From: Spirochaetota bacterium
GTDB taxonomy: Bacteria > Spirochaetota > UBA4802 > UBA5550
DNA: 64,000 nucleotides
NCBI GenBank assembly: GCA_035403545.1
Contig: DAONFJ010000002.1
Location: forward strand, 14,867-78,866
Direction: 5' to 3'
The notes below the pieces were generated by a model. That model made no database searches. It had not been told where the DNA came from and saw only the letters and a list, made by a program, of their open reading frames with translations. Below are positions 17,511 to 27,259 of this stretch, piece by piece; within the stretch, counting starts at the first letter, position 1; each line of letters opens with the position of its first letter. Both the position numbers and the translations under genes were made by a program.

Positions 17511-19454
17511 ATGAAATCATTCCCATCTGAAAAACATATATCGGCATCCGAAACAGCACAGATGCTCGGAATTTCTGAAACTTCTGTGAAGAACTGGGTG
17601 CGTCACGGATTTATTGAAACTGCTGCTGGAGATTCAGAACATCTTTTTCTTGAGGATGATGTCCTCTCTCTTCGCAGCCGTATAATCAGCGGTGATTTAA
17701 AGAGGCTCAACAGCAGGGCGAATAAATCAAACTCATCAAGAACTTTTCTTCCCAACGAACTTTTTACAACCGATGATGAAAAACGTGCAGTATCTGAAAT
17801 CTCTTCTTTTATAATGAGACATAATATCCCGGTATCCTCGGCGCTGTTTTTTCTGTCACTGAATCTTCTAAAAAAGAAAGGAATGCTGGAGGGGACCACT
17901 CCTGAAGAAATTTTATACTCGCCTGAAATAAATATAAGAAACAGAAAGAAACTTGGTGAGACCCTGCTGCATTGGAGAGATAATCTCTCCGGTGAAACGA
18001 GGCCTGAATTTTTTGACATACTGAATGCTGATATTCCCGACCACAGCAACATCGCCGGGATTATATACCAGTCAATCCTCATGGAAGGGGATAAAAGTAA
18101 ACTTGGATTATACTATACACCGGACGATGTAGTATCTGAAATTATCGGAAGGATCGCGGCTCCCGGGAACCTGTTCCTTGATCCATGCTGCGGCACAGGA
18201 CAGTTTCTTCTTGCATTCGCTGATATAACGGATAATCCTGAAAATATCTATGGTATTGATATAGATCCAATAGCGGTTAATGTAGCAAAAATAAACCTGC
18301 TGATAAAATTTCATCATAAAGATTTTAACCCGAAGGTATTCTGCGCTGATTCACTTCTTGATTTTAATGAATCTATTCTTCTTGATGACAGAAATAAGTT
18401 CTCTGAATTCGACTGCATCGCAACCAATCCTCCATGGGGTTCATACTTTAAAAAAAGTGAATTAAAGAATCTTAAGTTTTATTATCCGGAAATTTTATCC
18501 GGTGAATCATTTTCATTTTTTCTGGTTAAAAGTTTACGCATGCTGAAAGATGGAGGCATTTTATCCTTTGTTCTTCCTGAATCTATATTGAATGTAAAAA
18601 TTCATAGTGATATAAGAAAATATATTATTTCAAATTATCATATCTCCAGAATTGAGCAGAAGAAAAAAATATTCAAGAACGTATTCAGCCCTGCAGCTGT
18701 GATTGATATAAAAAATACTGAAAATACTGATGAAGTAGAGATAGTAACTTTAAGCGAAACTTTCGGAATAAACAGCGGCAGGTTCAGCAGCAACAGTAAT
18801 TATATTTTTGACATTAATATAGACTCTAATGACGAAAAAATTCTTTCAAAAGTATATTCTCTTCCTCATAGAACCCTTAAAGGAAATGCCGTCTGGGCGC
18901 TCGGAGTTGTGACAGGGAACAATACGGAGTATATAAAAGATAAAAAAGATAAATGGAATGAACCTGTAATTAGAGGCAAAGATATCGCTCAATATAAAAT
19001 TACTCCGCCCGTAACATTTATTAAATTTGATCCTGAACGTTTTCAGCAGACTGCCGATGTTAGTTTTTACAGATGCAGTGAAAAGCTTATATACCGCTAT
19101 ATATCAAACAGGCTTATCTTTGCATGTGACAGGGACCAGAGGGTAACGCTTAACAGTGCAAATATTCTGATACCGCAGCTTGACGGGGTGGATTTGAAAG
19201 TTATAATGGCACTCTTTAATTCTGAGCTCTATCAGTATATTTTTCAGAAAAAGTTTTCTTCTGTCAAGGTGCTGAGAAGCCATCTTGAAGAACTGCCGGT
19301 TCCTGTGATAAATGAATCTCAGAGCCAGTCTGTTATCAGGCTGGTTGAGGATATTGAAACCGGGAGTTCCTGCGATCAGCTTAATGAATTTGTTTACAGA
19401 ATTTTCAGATTAAACAAAACAGAGATTAATCATATAAAGAGCAGAATAAAATAA
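17511..19454 (+). CDS. N6-adenine DNA methyltransferase (Eco57I/TaqI-like gamma class) with an N-terminal excisionase/MerR-type HTH
   Basis: HTH ISASETAQMLGISETSVKNWVRHGFI. Motif I LDPCCGTGQFLLAF. Motif IV NPPW (18426-18437). TaqI_C-like C-terminal target-recognition region (VIRGKDIAQYKI). Starts 5 nt after pyrC. Confidence 0.8.
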   Translation: MKSFPSEKHISASETAQMLGISETSVKNWVRHGFIETAAGDSEHLFLEDDVLSLRSRIISGDLKRLNSRANKSNSSRTFLPNELFTTDDEKRAVSEISSFIMRHNIPVSSALFFLSLNLLKKKGMLEGTTPEEILYSPEINIRNRKKLGETLLHWRDNLSGETRPEFFDILNADIPDHSNIAGIIYQSILMEGDKSKLGLYYTPDDVVSEIIGRIAAPGNLFLDPCCGTGQFLLAFADITDNPENIYGIDIDPIAVNVAKINLLIKFHHKDFNPKVFCADSLLDFNESILLDDRNKFSEFDCIATNPPWGSYFKKSELKNLKFYYPEILSGESFSFFLVKSLRMLKDGGILSFVLPESILNVKIHSDIRKYIISNYHISRIEQKKKIFKNVFSPAAVIDIKNTENTDEVEIVTLSETFGINSGRFSSNSNYIFDINIDSNDEKILSKVYSLPHRTLKGNAVWALGVVTGNNTEYIKDKKDKWNEPVIRGKDIAQYKITPPVTFIKFDPERFQQTADVSFYRCSEKLIYRYISNRLIFACDRDQRVTLNSANILIPQLDGVDLKVIMALFNSELYQYIFQKKFSSVKVLRSHLEELPVPVINESQSQSVIRLVEDIETGSSCDQLNEFVYRIFRLNKTEINHIKSRIK

Positions 19455-19457
19455 AAA

Positions 19458-20348
19458 TTACTCTGCAAGTTTTTCATTCATGAATTCCATCATATCAGGA
19501 ATCTGTCCACGCCAGTAAAGCCATCCGTAAGCACCGTATTTATTATCTTTATACACAATACTGTATTCAGCAGGTGATTTTTTCTGCAGCTGTTTAAGTT
19601 TTATAGCCATGAGCTGCGATTGCCCGGGCTGGTATGCGTCCTGTTTCAATCCGTGATATAGATAAACGTGTACTCCTTTAAGTTTGTCAGCAAGTTTAAT
19701 CGGATTATCCTCATTCTCCCATCTTGCCTGGAAGTTTCTGTAGCTGCCGTAAACTGCTTCTATCATTTTACTATTCTGAAGAACAGTCGGATCGTAATAG
19801 CCGGAGATTCCAGCAGCTGCACCGAATTTTTCAGGATACTGGCACGCAGTGAGTATTGCACCATGAGCTCCTGCAATTACACCTGCAATTCCGGTGCTCT
19901 CTTTTTTCAGTGCTAGAGAAAAGTTATCATTGAGGAATTTTATTAGTGTTTCACCAAGAAATTTTCCTCCGGGAATAACGTTCCATTTGTATGTTGTTTC
20001 AGGATAGTAATTAGTTTCATAAACAGATTTATTCATATCAGGACAGACTATTACCATGTTGTATTTATTAGCCTGTGATTCAATGGAAGCACCGGTTTCC
20101 CAGTCTTTTTCATTATTTGCGTACTGGTGCAATGCTATTATTGTGCGCAGTTTCTGCCCTTTACTGTAGCTTTTCGGGAAGTAAATCTGAATCTTTGCTG
20201 ACGACGCTGCACCCATAAATTCGGTTTTCACCATTACATTTCTCAGCCATTTACCGGGCTGAACCTGGCTGCTGTAATCAACATCTGCCGCATTACCGGT
20301 TAGTGCAGCAGAAAGAAAAAACGTAAATAATATGAGAGTCTTTTTCAT
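19458..20348 (-). CDS. Secreted esterase-fold (esterase D / PF00756-like) protein, apparently lacking the nucleophile Ser
   Basis: Signal peptide MKKTLILFTFFLSAALTGNAA. TGIAGVIAGAHGAILTACQYPEKFGAAAGISGYY aligns to the aIaGxSMGGxGAL block with Ile in the Ser position. The ATG at 20348 has GAGGT 8 nt upstream. Confidence 0.6.
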   Translation of the reverse strand: MKKTLILFTFFLSAALTGNAADVDYSSQVQPGKWLRNVMVKTEFMGAASSAKIQIYFPKSYSKGQKLRTIIALHQYANNEKDWETGASIESQANKYNMVIVCPDMNKSVYETNYYPETTYKWNVIPGGKFLGETLIKFLNDNFSLALKKESTGIAGVIAGAHGAILTACQYPEKFGAAAGISGYYDPTVLQNSKMIEAVYGSYRNFQARWENEDNPIKLADKLKGVHVYLYHGLKQDAYQPGQSQLMAIKLKQLQKKSPAEYSIVYKDNKYGAYGWLYWRGQIPDMMEFMNEKLAE

Positions 20349-20584
20349 GAAAATATACCTCATGTGTAAATTATAATTTTTTAAACATCCCGCAGTATTA
20401 AGCGGAGATATTATTGTGATTTTATTCTGTTATAGGTTAAGATATAAATATAATTTAATCAATTTACACGTGATGAGTCAAGCAGTTTAATGAAACTGAA
20501 GTACTATCCCGGGTTAAGCTTACTTTCGCTCCATCTGCCAGCGCGGTGCAGAGCAGGGAATTTCAGCCTCTTCCCCTGTTATAC

Positions 20585-21259
20585 TCAAATTATATATCCG
20601 TTTTCTTTCATGCTGTAGTAGGATGAATTTGTGAGAATTATATGATCAAGGAGCGGTATTCCTACGATTTTTCCGGCTTCTGCGAGCCGTTTTGTAGTAT
20701 CAATATCCTGCTTCGATGGTGATGCATTACCGGATGGATGATTATGTGTTACAATTATCCCTGATCCGGCTTCCTTTATCGCGTCCCTGAATACTTCTCT
20801 CGGATGAACTATGGCTTCAGTGATAGTTCCGATTGAGACAATAATTTTTTTAAGAAGCATATTTTTGTTGTTCACCACAAGTACACGGAACTCCTCCTTC
20901 TGAAGGCATGCAATTTCCGGCAGGAGCAGATTCCATACTGCATTAGGTGAGCTTATATGTTTTAAGTCAGTTATATCTGTGATCACTCTTCTTCCGATTT
21001 CGAATGCAGCCTGAATTTTTACAGCTTTTTTCAGTCCCAGGCCTTTTTCTGCTGCTATCTCTCTTAGTCCGGCTTTGGAAACCGCGGAGAGCCCTCCCAT
21101 ATTTTTTATCATTTTGGCCGAGAGTTCCAGAACATCAATATCCTTGATCCCGGTCCCGACAATTACAGCAAGGAGTTCTATATCTGAAAGGTCGCGTACA
21201 CTCTCACCGTCAATACATTTCTGTATGGGGAGTTTGAAACCGGTACACATTTTATCCAT
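20585..21259 (-). CDS. radC: RadC-family JAB/MPN domain protein
   Basis: VTHNHPSGNASPSKQDIDTTKRL (JAMM HxHPSG...S..D motif). Its ATG overlaps the PLD gene stop by 1 nt. Confidence 0.88.
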   Translation of the reverse strand: MDKMCTGFKLPIQKCIDGESVRDLSDIELLAVIVGTGIKDIDVLELSAKMIKNMGGLSAVSKAGLREIAAEKGLGLKKAVKIQAAFEIGRRVITDITDLKHISSPNAVWNLLLPEIACLQKEEFRVLVVNNKNMLLKKIIVSIGTITEAIVHPREVFRDAIKEAGSGIIVTHNHPSGNASPSKQDIDTTKRLAEAGKIVGIPLLDHIILTNSSYYSMKENGYII

Positions 21260-22289
21260 TATCTGGCCTCGCCGTAAATTCTGTTAAATTCTTCAATGTA
21301 TTTGGAGGCTAATTCTCTGCTGTCTATTATTATGATATTTTCATCATTTTTATTATTCGCATTTTTTGAAATATTGAATGATCCGGTGATAACGCGGTAA
21401 TCATCAATAATGATTACTTTGTGGTGCATTACACCTGTATTTCTATCAAGCCGCACAGGTATATCTTCTATTTTCATTTTAGTATATTCGGAGTATTCAG
21501 TGCCTGAACCTTTTGTTTCAAACACACCTTCAACAGCTATTCCCTCCTTGAACTTTTCAATTATCAGTTCACCAATCTGGTCAGAGGTAAATGAGAACTG
21601 CATGAATTTTATTGACTTTTCCGCTTTTTTAATTCTTCCATAGATAATTTTTTCTACATTGTCTTCAGGCGCAAAATATACATTGATATTCATGTCGTCG
21701 AGTTTTACATAATATTTTTTCTGAAGTTCCGCGAAAGCACCCTCTTCTTTTTTATTACCGAAAATTCGCGACTCAAACATCTCCGTAAATTCAGAAAAAT
21801 ATATTTCGGCCAGTTCCTCTGACCGGATCAGTAATGCATTGTTATTGTTTTTCCAGGTACAGTTCTCTGTTGTGTTATATGATCCGGTAAAAACAGATGT
21901 GCCGTCTATAACTGCAAATTTATTATGCATCAGGCCATTACCGGTATCTGCAACAACAGGTATTCCGCTTTCTATAATTTTTGTAATTGTTTCCCCGGCA
22001 CAGGTGTCATTCTCCGTAACAAGTTTTACATCAACACCGCGAATATAAGCTGCAATGAGTTCATCTGCGATTTTCATTGATGATATATCGTAGAAGGCGC
22101 CGTAGAAACTTTTTTCAGAATTTTTTATTGCGGCGATAAGGCCATCCTGAGGATTTATTACCTTTGTTTTGTTTGATTTTGACGGGTTGGTAAAGTAAAC
22201 TTCCCATTTTCTTTCCGTGAAACCGTAAGAAGAGATATTAAATAAAATTAATAAAATAATGATAATTTTTTTCAGAGAGATAACCTCAT
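21259..22289 (-). CDS. Phospholipase D / Nuc-like family protein with two HKD motifs and an N-terminal hydrophobic leader; start-codon anomaly
   Basis: HNKFAVID...GSYNTT and HHKVIIID...GSFNIS. The frame stays open 74 codons upstream of the ORF-track Met (to a TAA at 22302-22300) and encodes LKKIIIILLILFNISSYGF...YFTNP...IAAIKNSEKSFYGAFYDISS. The only nearby ATG (22289-22287) is out of frame. Confidence 0.75.
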
Positions 22290-22396
22290 GATGCTTTATT
22301 TAATTCCATTGAAGTCCGGAACCTGAAGTTAAAAAATTTTATATTCGACAGGGACTATTCAAGTCACATGGCCATACTGTCACAACAGGACGTCTT

Positions 22397-22474
22397 AAAA
22401 AATAAAATGCCGCAGAGATAATGTTAAGGAGGCACTAATAGCAAATAAAAAATTTTTTGCATTCTCTGCGGCAT
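22397..22474 (-). terminator. Rho-independent-like terminator after the 314-aa gene
   Basis: ATGCCGCAGAGA (22407-22418) and TCTCTGCGGCAT (22463-22474) are exact reverse complements with a 44-nt partly self-pairing loop. On the minus strand the stem is followed by TTTATTTTTT. Confidence 0.5.
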
Positions 22475-22567
22475 AAAGTTTACCCGATGTTCAGGGCACT
22501 TATTTATTTTTTGATTGGCTAAAATCAAATATTAATACGTCTGAAGTGAATAAATGATAAAATTTTT

Positions 22568-23512
22568 TTATCCGGCTCTTAATTTTTCTTCTTTTTCCAG
22601 AACTAAATTTTCATATTCTGTGTACAGAAGCTGTTCTTCCCTTCCCGGATTCATTGACCTTACTTTCGATACAAGAGTTCTATACGGCGATAGTTTTCTG
22701 ATATCTGTTTCAGATTCAATTTTTTCGTTTAAAATTTTATCATCTCGTACAATAAGCGCGAGGTAGAATTCGTATGCATTTTTAAGGTCGGTAAGCATTG
22801 CTTTATTTTTAATTACATCAGGTTCATCTTTTTTATTTTCAAGAATATCATTTATAAAGAAAATTATAAATTGTGTATCAAAAGCCGAAATATCAAAATC
22901 GAGAAGCAGCTGATTTAAATTTGAAAGAGCCATGTTTTTGAGATGGTATGATGCAAGAAAAACAGGATTATCGGACATTGTGTTAATACTGATATAATCA
23001 GAACTTTTGTCTTCAGGCTCCGGCAGAGGTGTTTCATTTTTTTCTGTTGCAACTTTAATAATCTCGCCGGGACGGTACCGGCTTGCTATTACTGAAATTT
23101 CTATTTCTGAAAGTGATTCATCGACAACCAGGTAATCGATATCTGTATCAGAAGGTATGTCTTTAAGCATTAAGGAATAACTTTTTATTAATATAATTTT
23201 TACCGGTATAAGATCCAGGGATGTAACATAATGAATGAACAGGTGTTTTCTTTTCTTTTCAGTAATATTCCGGTATGGCAGGATTAAAGTATCATCTCTT
23301 ACTTTTAAGAGAGAGTATTCTTTTAAATAATCACGTTCGATGTGAAAAATATTCCCGAGAAATACAACTGTGGGGAGTTTATGCAGCAGCGATCTTCCCT
23401 CTTTGTCAGCAGAAAAAGATTCCCCATTGCTGTTGAATACAAGGAATTTCAGTTTATCAAACAATATTTTTATCGTATAACCAGATGGTGTTTTTTCTTC
23501 AGTGAAATCCAT
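22568..23512 (-). CDS. Hypothetical protein (314 aa), no motif recognised
   Basis: Long ORF co-directional with tsaD, starting 70 nt downstream of it. Ordinary amino-acid composition. No signature I can name. Confidence 0.6.
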   Translation of the reverse strand: MDFTEEKTPSGYTIKILFDKLKFLVFNSNGESFSADKEGRSLLHKLPTVVFLGNIFHIERDYLKEYSLLKVRDDTLILPYRNITEKKRKHLFIHYVTSLDLIPVKIILIKSYSLMLKDIPSDTDIDYLVVDESLSEIEISVIASRYRPGEIIKVATEKNETPLPEPEDKSSDYISINTMSDNPVFLASYHLKNMALSNLNQLLLDFDISAFDTQFIIFFINDILENKKDEPDVIKNKAMLTDLKNAYEFYLALIVRDDKILNEKIESETDIRKLSPYRTLVSKVRSMNPGREEQLLYTEYENLVLEKEEKLRAG

Positions 23513-23582
23513 AGCCTGCCGTTTGCTTAAATAATATTTTTTTTATTTACGCATTAACATATGAGATTTGCAAGCAATAATT

Positions 23583-24584
23583 TTATGGTTTGGGGCTTAC
23601 ATCTGTGGCGAATGAATCAAAGATGTTGCGGATATAATATTGATATGATATGCCTGCGATCATTGCGGCATTATCAGTACACATGAGAGGTGAAGGAATA
23701 AGAACTTCTTCATAATTTTTTCTTTCCGTTTCAATAAGTTCCCTTAATCTTCCGTTGGCAGCTACTCCGCCTGCGACCAGCATTTTTTTTATTCCCGATT
23801 TTCTTGCCGCAGTGAAGAGCCTTCTAACCAGAAGTTCCAGCGCTCTCTCCTGGAAGCTGTAAACAATTTCTGATTTTTCCTGGCCGGGATTCTGCTTAAT
23901 ATAATTTATAACTGCTGTTTTTAATCCTGAGTAGGAGAACCTTGTATCATCCGGATCGGTGAGTATTTTCGGGAAGAAAACTTTTTTTAACCGGGACTCT
24001 TTCGCCAGGTTTTCTACAAGCGGCCCTCCCGGATAGCCAAGGCCGATATATTTTGAAACTTTATCAAAAGCCTCGCCGACTGCATCATCAACAGTTTTTC
24101 CGATGAGTATCATCTCACCAGGGCCGTTCACTCTGTAAAGAGCAGTATTTCCGCCTGATACCAGAAGTCCGATGAAGGGATATGCAGGTTCGTTCCCTTC
24201 CAGGAAGGGCGCGTAAAGGTGAGCTTCGAGGTGATTCACTGCAATTAACGGAATGTTCAACGCGAAAGAAATGGCTTTAGCACTTTGCAGCGCGATGAGT
24301 AACGATCCGATCAGGCCCGGTCTGTTTGTAGCGGCAACATAATCGAGATCACTGAATTTAAATTTTCCATCATCCAGAGCCATCTCTATGAGGTTATTTA
24401 TTTTTTCCAGATGTGCCCTTGATGCTATCTCCGGCACAACACCTGAATATTCACAATGAAGTTCAACCTGGCTGTAAATTCTATTTGAGATTATTTTCCT
24501 GCCGTCAATGACAATTGAGGCGGAAGTTTCATCACATGAACTTTCAAGTCCAAGCCCGATAATCTGTCCGGATTTATTACTCAT
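23583..24584 (-). CDS. tsaD: tRNA N6-adenosine threonylcarbamoyltransferase
   Basis: GLESSCDETSASIV N-terminus, NHLEAHLYAP metal-binding motif, Kae1/Gcp family length. Confidence 0.92.
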   Translation of the reverse strand: MSNKSGQIIGLGLESSCDETSASIVIDGRKIISNRIYSQVELHCEYSGVVPEIASRAHLEKINNLIEMALDDGKFKFSDLDYVAATNRPGLIGSLLIALQSAKAISFALNIPLIAVNHLEAHLYAPFLEGNEPAYPFIGLLVSGGNTALYRVNGPGEMILIGKTVDDAVGEAFDKVSKYIGLGYPGGPLVENLAKESRLKKVFFPKILTDPDDTRFSYSGLKTAVINYIKQNPGQEKSEIVYSFQERALELLVRRLFTAARKSGIKKMLVAGGVAANGRLRELIETERKNYEEVLIPSPLMCTDNAAMIAGISYQYYIRNIFDSFATDVSPKP

Positions 24585-24587
24585 TAT

Positions 24588-25952
24588 TTACTTGTTCAGC
24601 TTTTCGATAGCAGATGTGAGCTGATTATCAAATTCGAGATCATATATCTGGTTTTTATGATACTTTGCAATTTCTCTTTTAAGAATAAAGTCTGCTGTAG
24701 TATCTGAAATTTTTACATTTTTATTTTTAAGAAACTTTCTGAATTCAGATTTCATATTTTCGTTATAAACGGTTTTTATGGAAACAAATTCATTCAGGAG
24801 TTTATCTCTGCTTATTTTTTTCAGCTCTTCTGTTTCATTTTCAGGAAAATCAGCAACTTTAACTTCGTAATCCGGCATTATACCTTTGCCATGAATCATA
24901 GCGCCTGATGGTGTATAGTATTTGGCGATGGTTACAGCAATACCTACCTCTTTATCAAGACTGTAGGTTTTCTGAACAGATCCCTTTCCGAAAGTTTTTT
25001 CACCGACAAGGAGAGCTTTATTATTATCACGTAACGCACCGCTTAATATCTCGGATGCGGATGCGCTTCCTTTGTTAACAAGCACAATAATTTTCCCCGT
25101 GTAAACCGGATCTTTCACTGATTTAAAAAAGTTTTCCTTACCGCCTTCAGAACGCCCCTTTGTCGATACAATTGTGAGATCTTTTTCCAGGAAGAAATCA
25201 GATATCTCCGCTGCTGCAGTAAGCAGCCCGCCGGGATTGTATCTAAGGTCAATGATAAGCTTATTAATTTTATTTGCATTAAAAAAATCCAGAGCTTTCT
25301 TTACGTCCTGGGTTGTGTCATTTCCGAATGTTTTTATTCTCAGATAACCGGTGTTATATTCTTTTATCAGGGCATATTCAGTACTGTCAATTTTTACCGG
25401 AGCCCTCTCAATGTTGTAGCTGATCTCTTCATTGAACCCTTCACGTTTTATTGTTACATTTACTTTTGTTCCAGGGAGGCCTTTTATATTTTTTATAATT
25501 TCATCAAGATTTTTATCTTTAATAATTTCATTGTTTACTTTTGTTATAATATCTCCAGACTCAATTCCTGCTTTCATTGCAGGAGAGTTTTCTATCGGGC
25601 TGACTACAACAATTTCACCATCCTTGACTGCTATTTCTACACCTATGCCGACAAATTTTCCGGAAGTCATCTCCTGCAGTTCTGCTGTTGATTCTTCATT
25701 GAGAAATCTTGTAAAGGGGTCACCTAGAGAATCAATCATCCCTTTAATTGCGCCATAGAATAATTTTTTATTATCCGGCTGGTCAACATATTCAGTTGTT
25801 ATAATCTGGTAAGCCTGATGAAAGAATTCAAGATACTTATGAGCGGGTTCACCGGCCTGGGCAACAAATGAAAAATTTATTCCCAGGAAAAGCCCTGTGG
25901 CAAAAGCGAGTATTATTAAATGAGTTTTTCTCTCTGAAAATTTTTTAAACAT
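24588..25952 (-). CDS. S41 carboxy-terminal processing protease with a PDZ domain
   Basis: PDZ segment GIGVEIAVKDGEIVVVSPIENSPAMKAGIESGDII. Catalytic block NKGSASASEILSGALRDN and TFGKGSVQ. I prefer the ATG at 25952 (MFKKFSERK + TM). Confidence 0.88.
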   Translation of the reverse strand: MFKKFSERKTHLIILAFATGLFLGINFSFVAQAGEPAHKYLEFFHQAYQIITTEYVDQPDNKKLFYGAIKGMIDSLGDPFTRFLNEESTAELQEMTSGKFVGIGVEIAVKDGEIVVVSPIENSPAMKAGIESGDIITKVNNEIIKDKNLDEIIKNIKGLPGTKVNVTIKREGFNEEISYNIERAPVKIDSTEYALIKEYNTGYLRIKTFGNDTTQDVKKALDFFNANKINKLIIDLRYNPGGLLTAAAEISDFFLEKDLTIVSTKGRSEGGKENFFKSVKDPVYTGKIIVLVNKGSASASEILSGALRDNNKALLVGEKTFGKGSVQKTYSLDKEVGIAVTIAKYYTPSGAMIHGKGIMPDYEVKVADFPENETEELKKISRDKLLNEFVSIKTVYNENMKSEFRKFLKNKNVKISDTTADFILKREIAKYHKNQIYDLEFDNQLTSAIEKLNK

Positions 25953-26183
25953 GATTAGCTCCGGTTTTAAATATATAGGCATAAAATCAATGATATGTAG
26001 ATTAAAATTAAAATCTGTTACCGGCAGTGTCAATAATTAAGTGTGTTTATTGAAATTTATTATAAATCCTGACCAATATCAGTCTATTGTAAATCATCTG
26101 AAAATTTCCATACTCACAACTTGTGAAAATAGCTTTATTCTTTGCACAGAATAGGAGTACGGTTTTTTTATATGCTGCAGATA

Positions 26184-27059
26184 TTATCTTGGTTTAGCAA
26201 TATAATTCGGTGAAGTACAGGGCCCGGTTTTTAAAAGGACAGCGTTTCCACCATTCTTAATATCATAGATCCAGAGATATCCGGAGCCTGAGTCAACGAA
26301 CACAATTTTCTCACCATCGGGGGAAACCGCAAGGTAGACCGGATTCAGTCCCTGGGATGTGAAATCAATACTTGAATATGATGAAAAATCGCTTTCGTAA
26401 ATATATATTTCACTGCTCACCGAACATGCCAGCCTTCCATCATAAAAATAAGTAGGGTAAGACAAACCGAGCATAGTTGCAAAAACATTCACGTTTGTGT
26501 TAATGTTAAGAACGCTTATCGCGACCAAATCAAAATCCCAATAAGCAATATAATCCTCATAGCATGCAACTGCGCTGGCATTAGAGTAGGAGTGGCTGTT
26601 GTCTGATGTCACCAGGCCGGTTTTCATATCCAGCTTGTATAGCGCGCTGTAATTAATTCCTGCTGGAAGTTCATACTGAACAAAATATATATATCGTGAA
26701 TCAGCGGACCATGTGGGAAAATAATGGTACTGGTCGGCTGCCGGTGAGGTTTCCTGTTTCATGTCCGAACCATCTGTATTCATCGTCCATATCTGCGCCA
26801 TTGTGTCCGGGCCGACAGTAACCGTTTTAGAAAAAACGATCCTTGAACCATCGGATGAACATACAGGGCTGGTAACTGCCTGGAAAGGGCCGGCTATTTT
26901 TTTAAAGTTTCCCCCATTCTCGTCTATTGAGCATATATAATAACCCCCGGGTTCAAACAGGTTAAAAAAAATAACAAGATCAGTTTCGTCCCTGCCTCCG
27001 CATGATAATGCTGTAAATATGATTAAAAAAGCGATCAGATTCAGAAATAATTTTTTCAT
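26184..27059 (-). CDS. Lipoprotein with TolB-like (PD40/WD40-like) beta-propeller repeats
   Basis: Lipobox TALSC. Repeated ..SSDGSRIVFS.., ..PTWSADSRYIYF.., ..VSPDGEKIVFV.. motifs. Confidence 0.65.
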   Translation of the reverse strand: MKKLFLNLIAFLIIFTALSCGGRDETDLVIFFNLFEPGGYYICSIDENGGNFKKIAGPFQAVTSPVCSSDGSRIVFSKTVTVGPDTMAQIWTMNTDGSDMKQETSPAADQYHYFPTWSADSRYIYFVQYELPAGINYSALYKLDMKTGLVTSDNSHSYSNASAVACYEDYIAYWDFDLVAISVLNINTNVNVFATMLGLSYPTYFYDGRLACSVSSEIYIYESDFSSYSSIDFTSQGLNPVYLAVSPDGEKIVFVDSGSGYLWIYDIKNGGNAVLLKTGPCTSPNYIAKPR

Positions 27060-27173
27060 AAAATAGATCCTTTATTACTCAGTTTAATTTTTACCGATAA
27101 GTTTCATTAGGGACAGATAAACCCCGGAGAATAACGTTAAGGCTCCCTGTGGTTTATCGTAAATTTCTGTATT

Positions 27174-27199
27174 GAAAACCGTACTCTCATGCTGTACGG
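27174..27199 (-). terminator. Candidate terminator after the fumarase-Nudix operon
   Basis: CCGTAC (27179-27184) / GTACGG (27194-27199) with a 9-nt loop. The minus strand reads the stem followed by TTTTC. Confidence 0.4.
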
Positions 27200-27259
27200 A
27201 TAACATTGTTTTCATTCAATCCGGGTGCGGGGGTTTGCAGTCTGGATATGCTTATTTAT

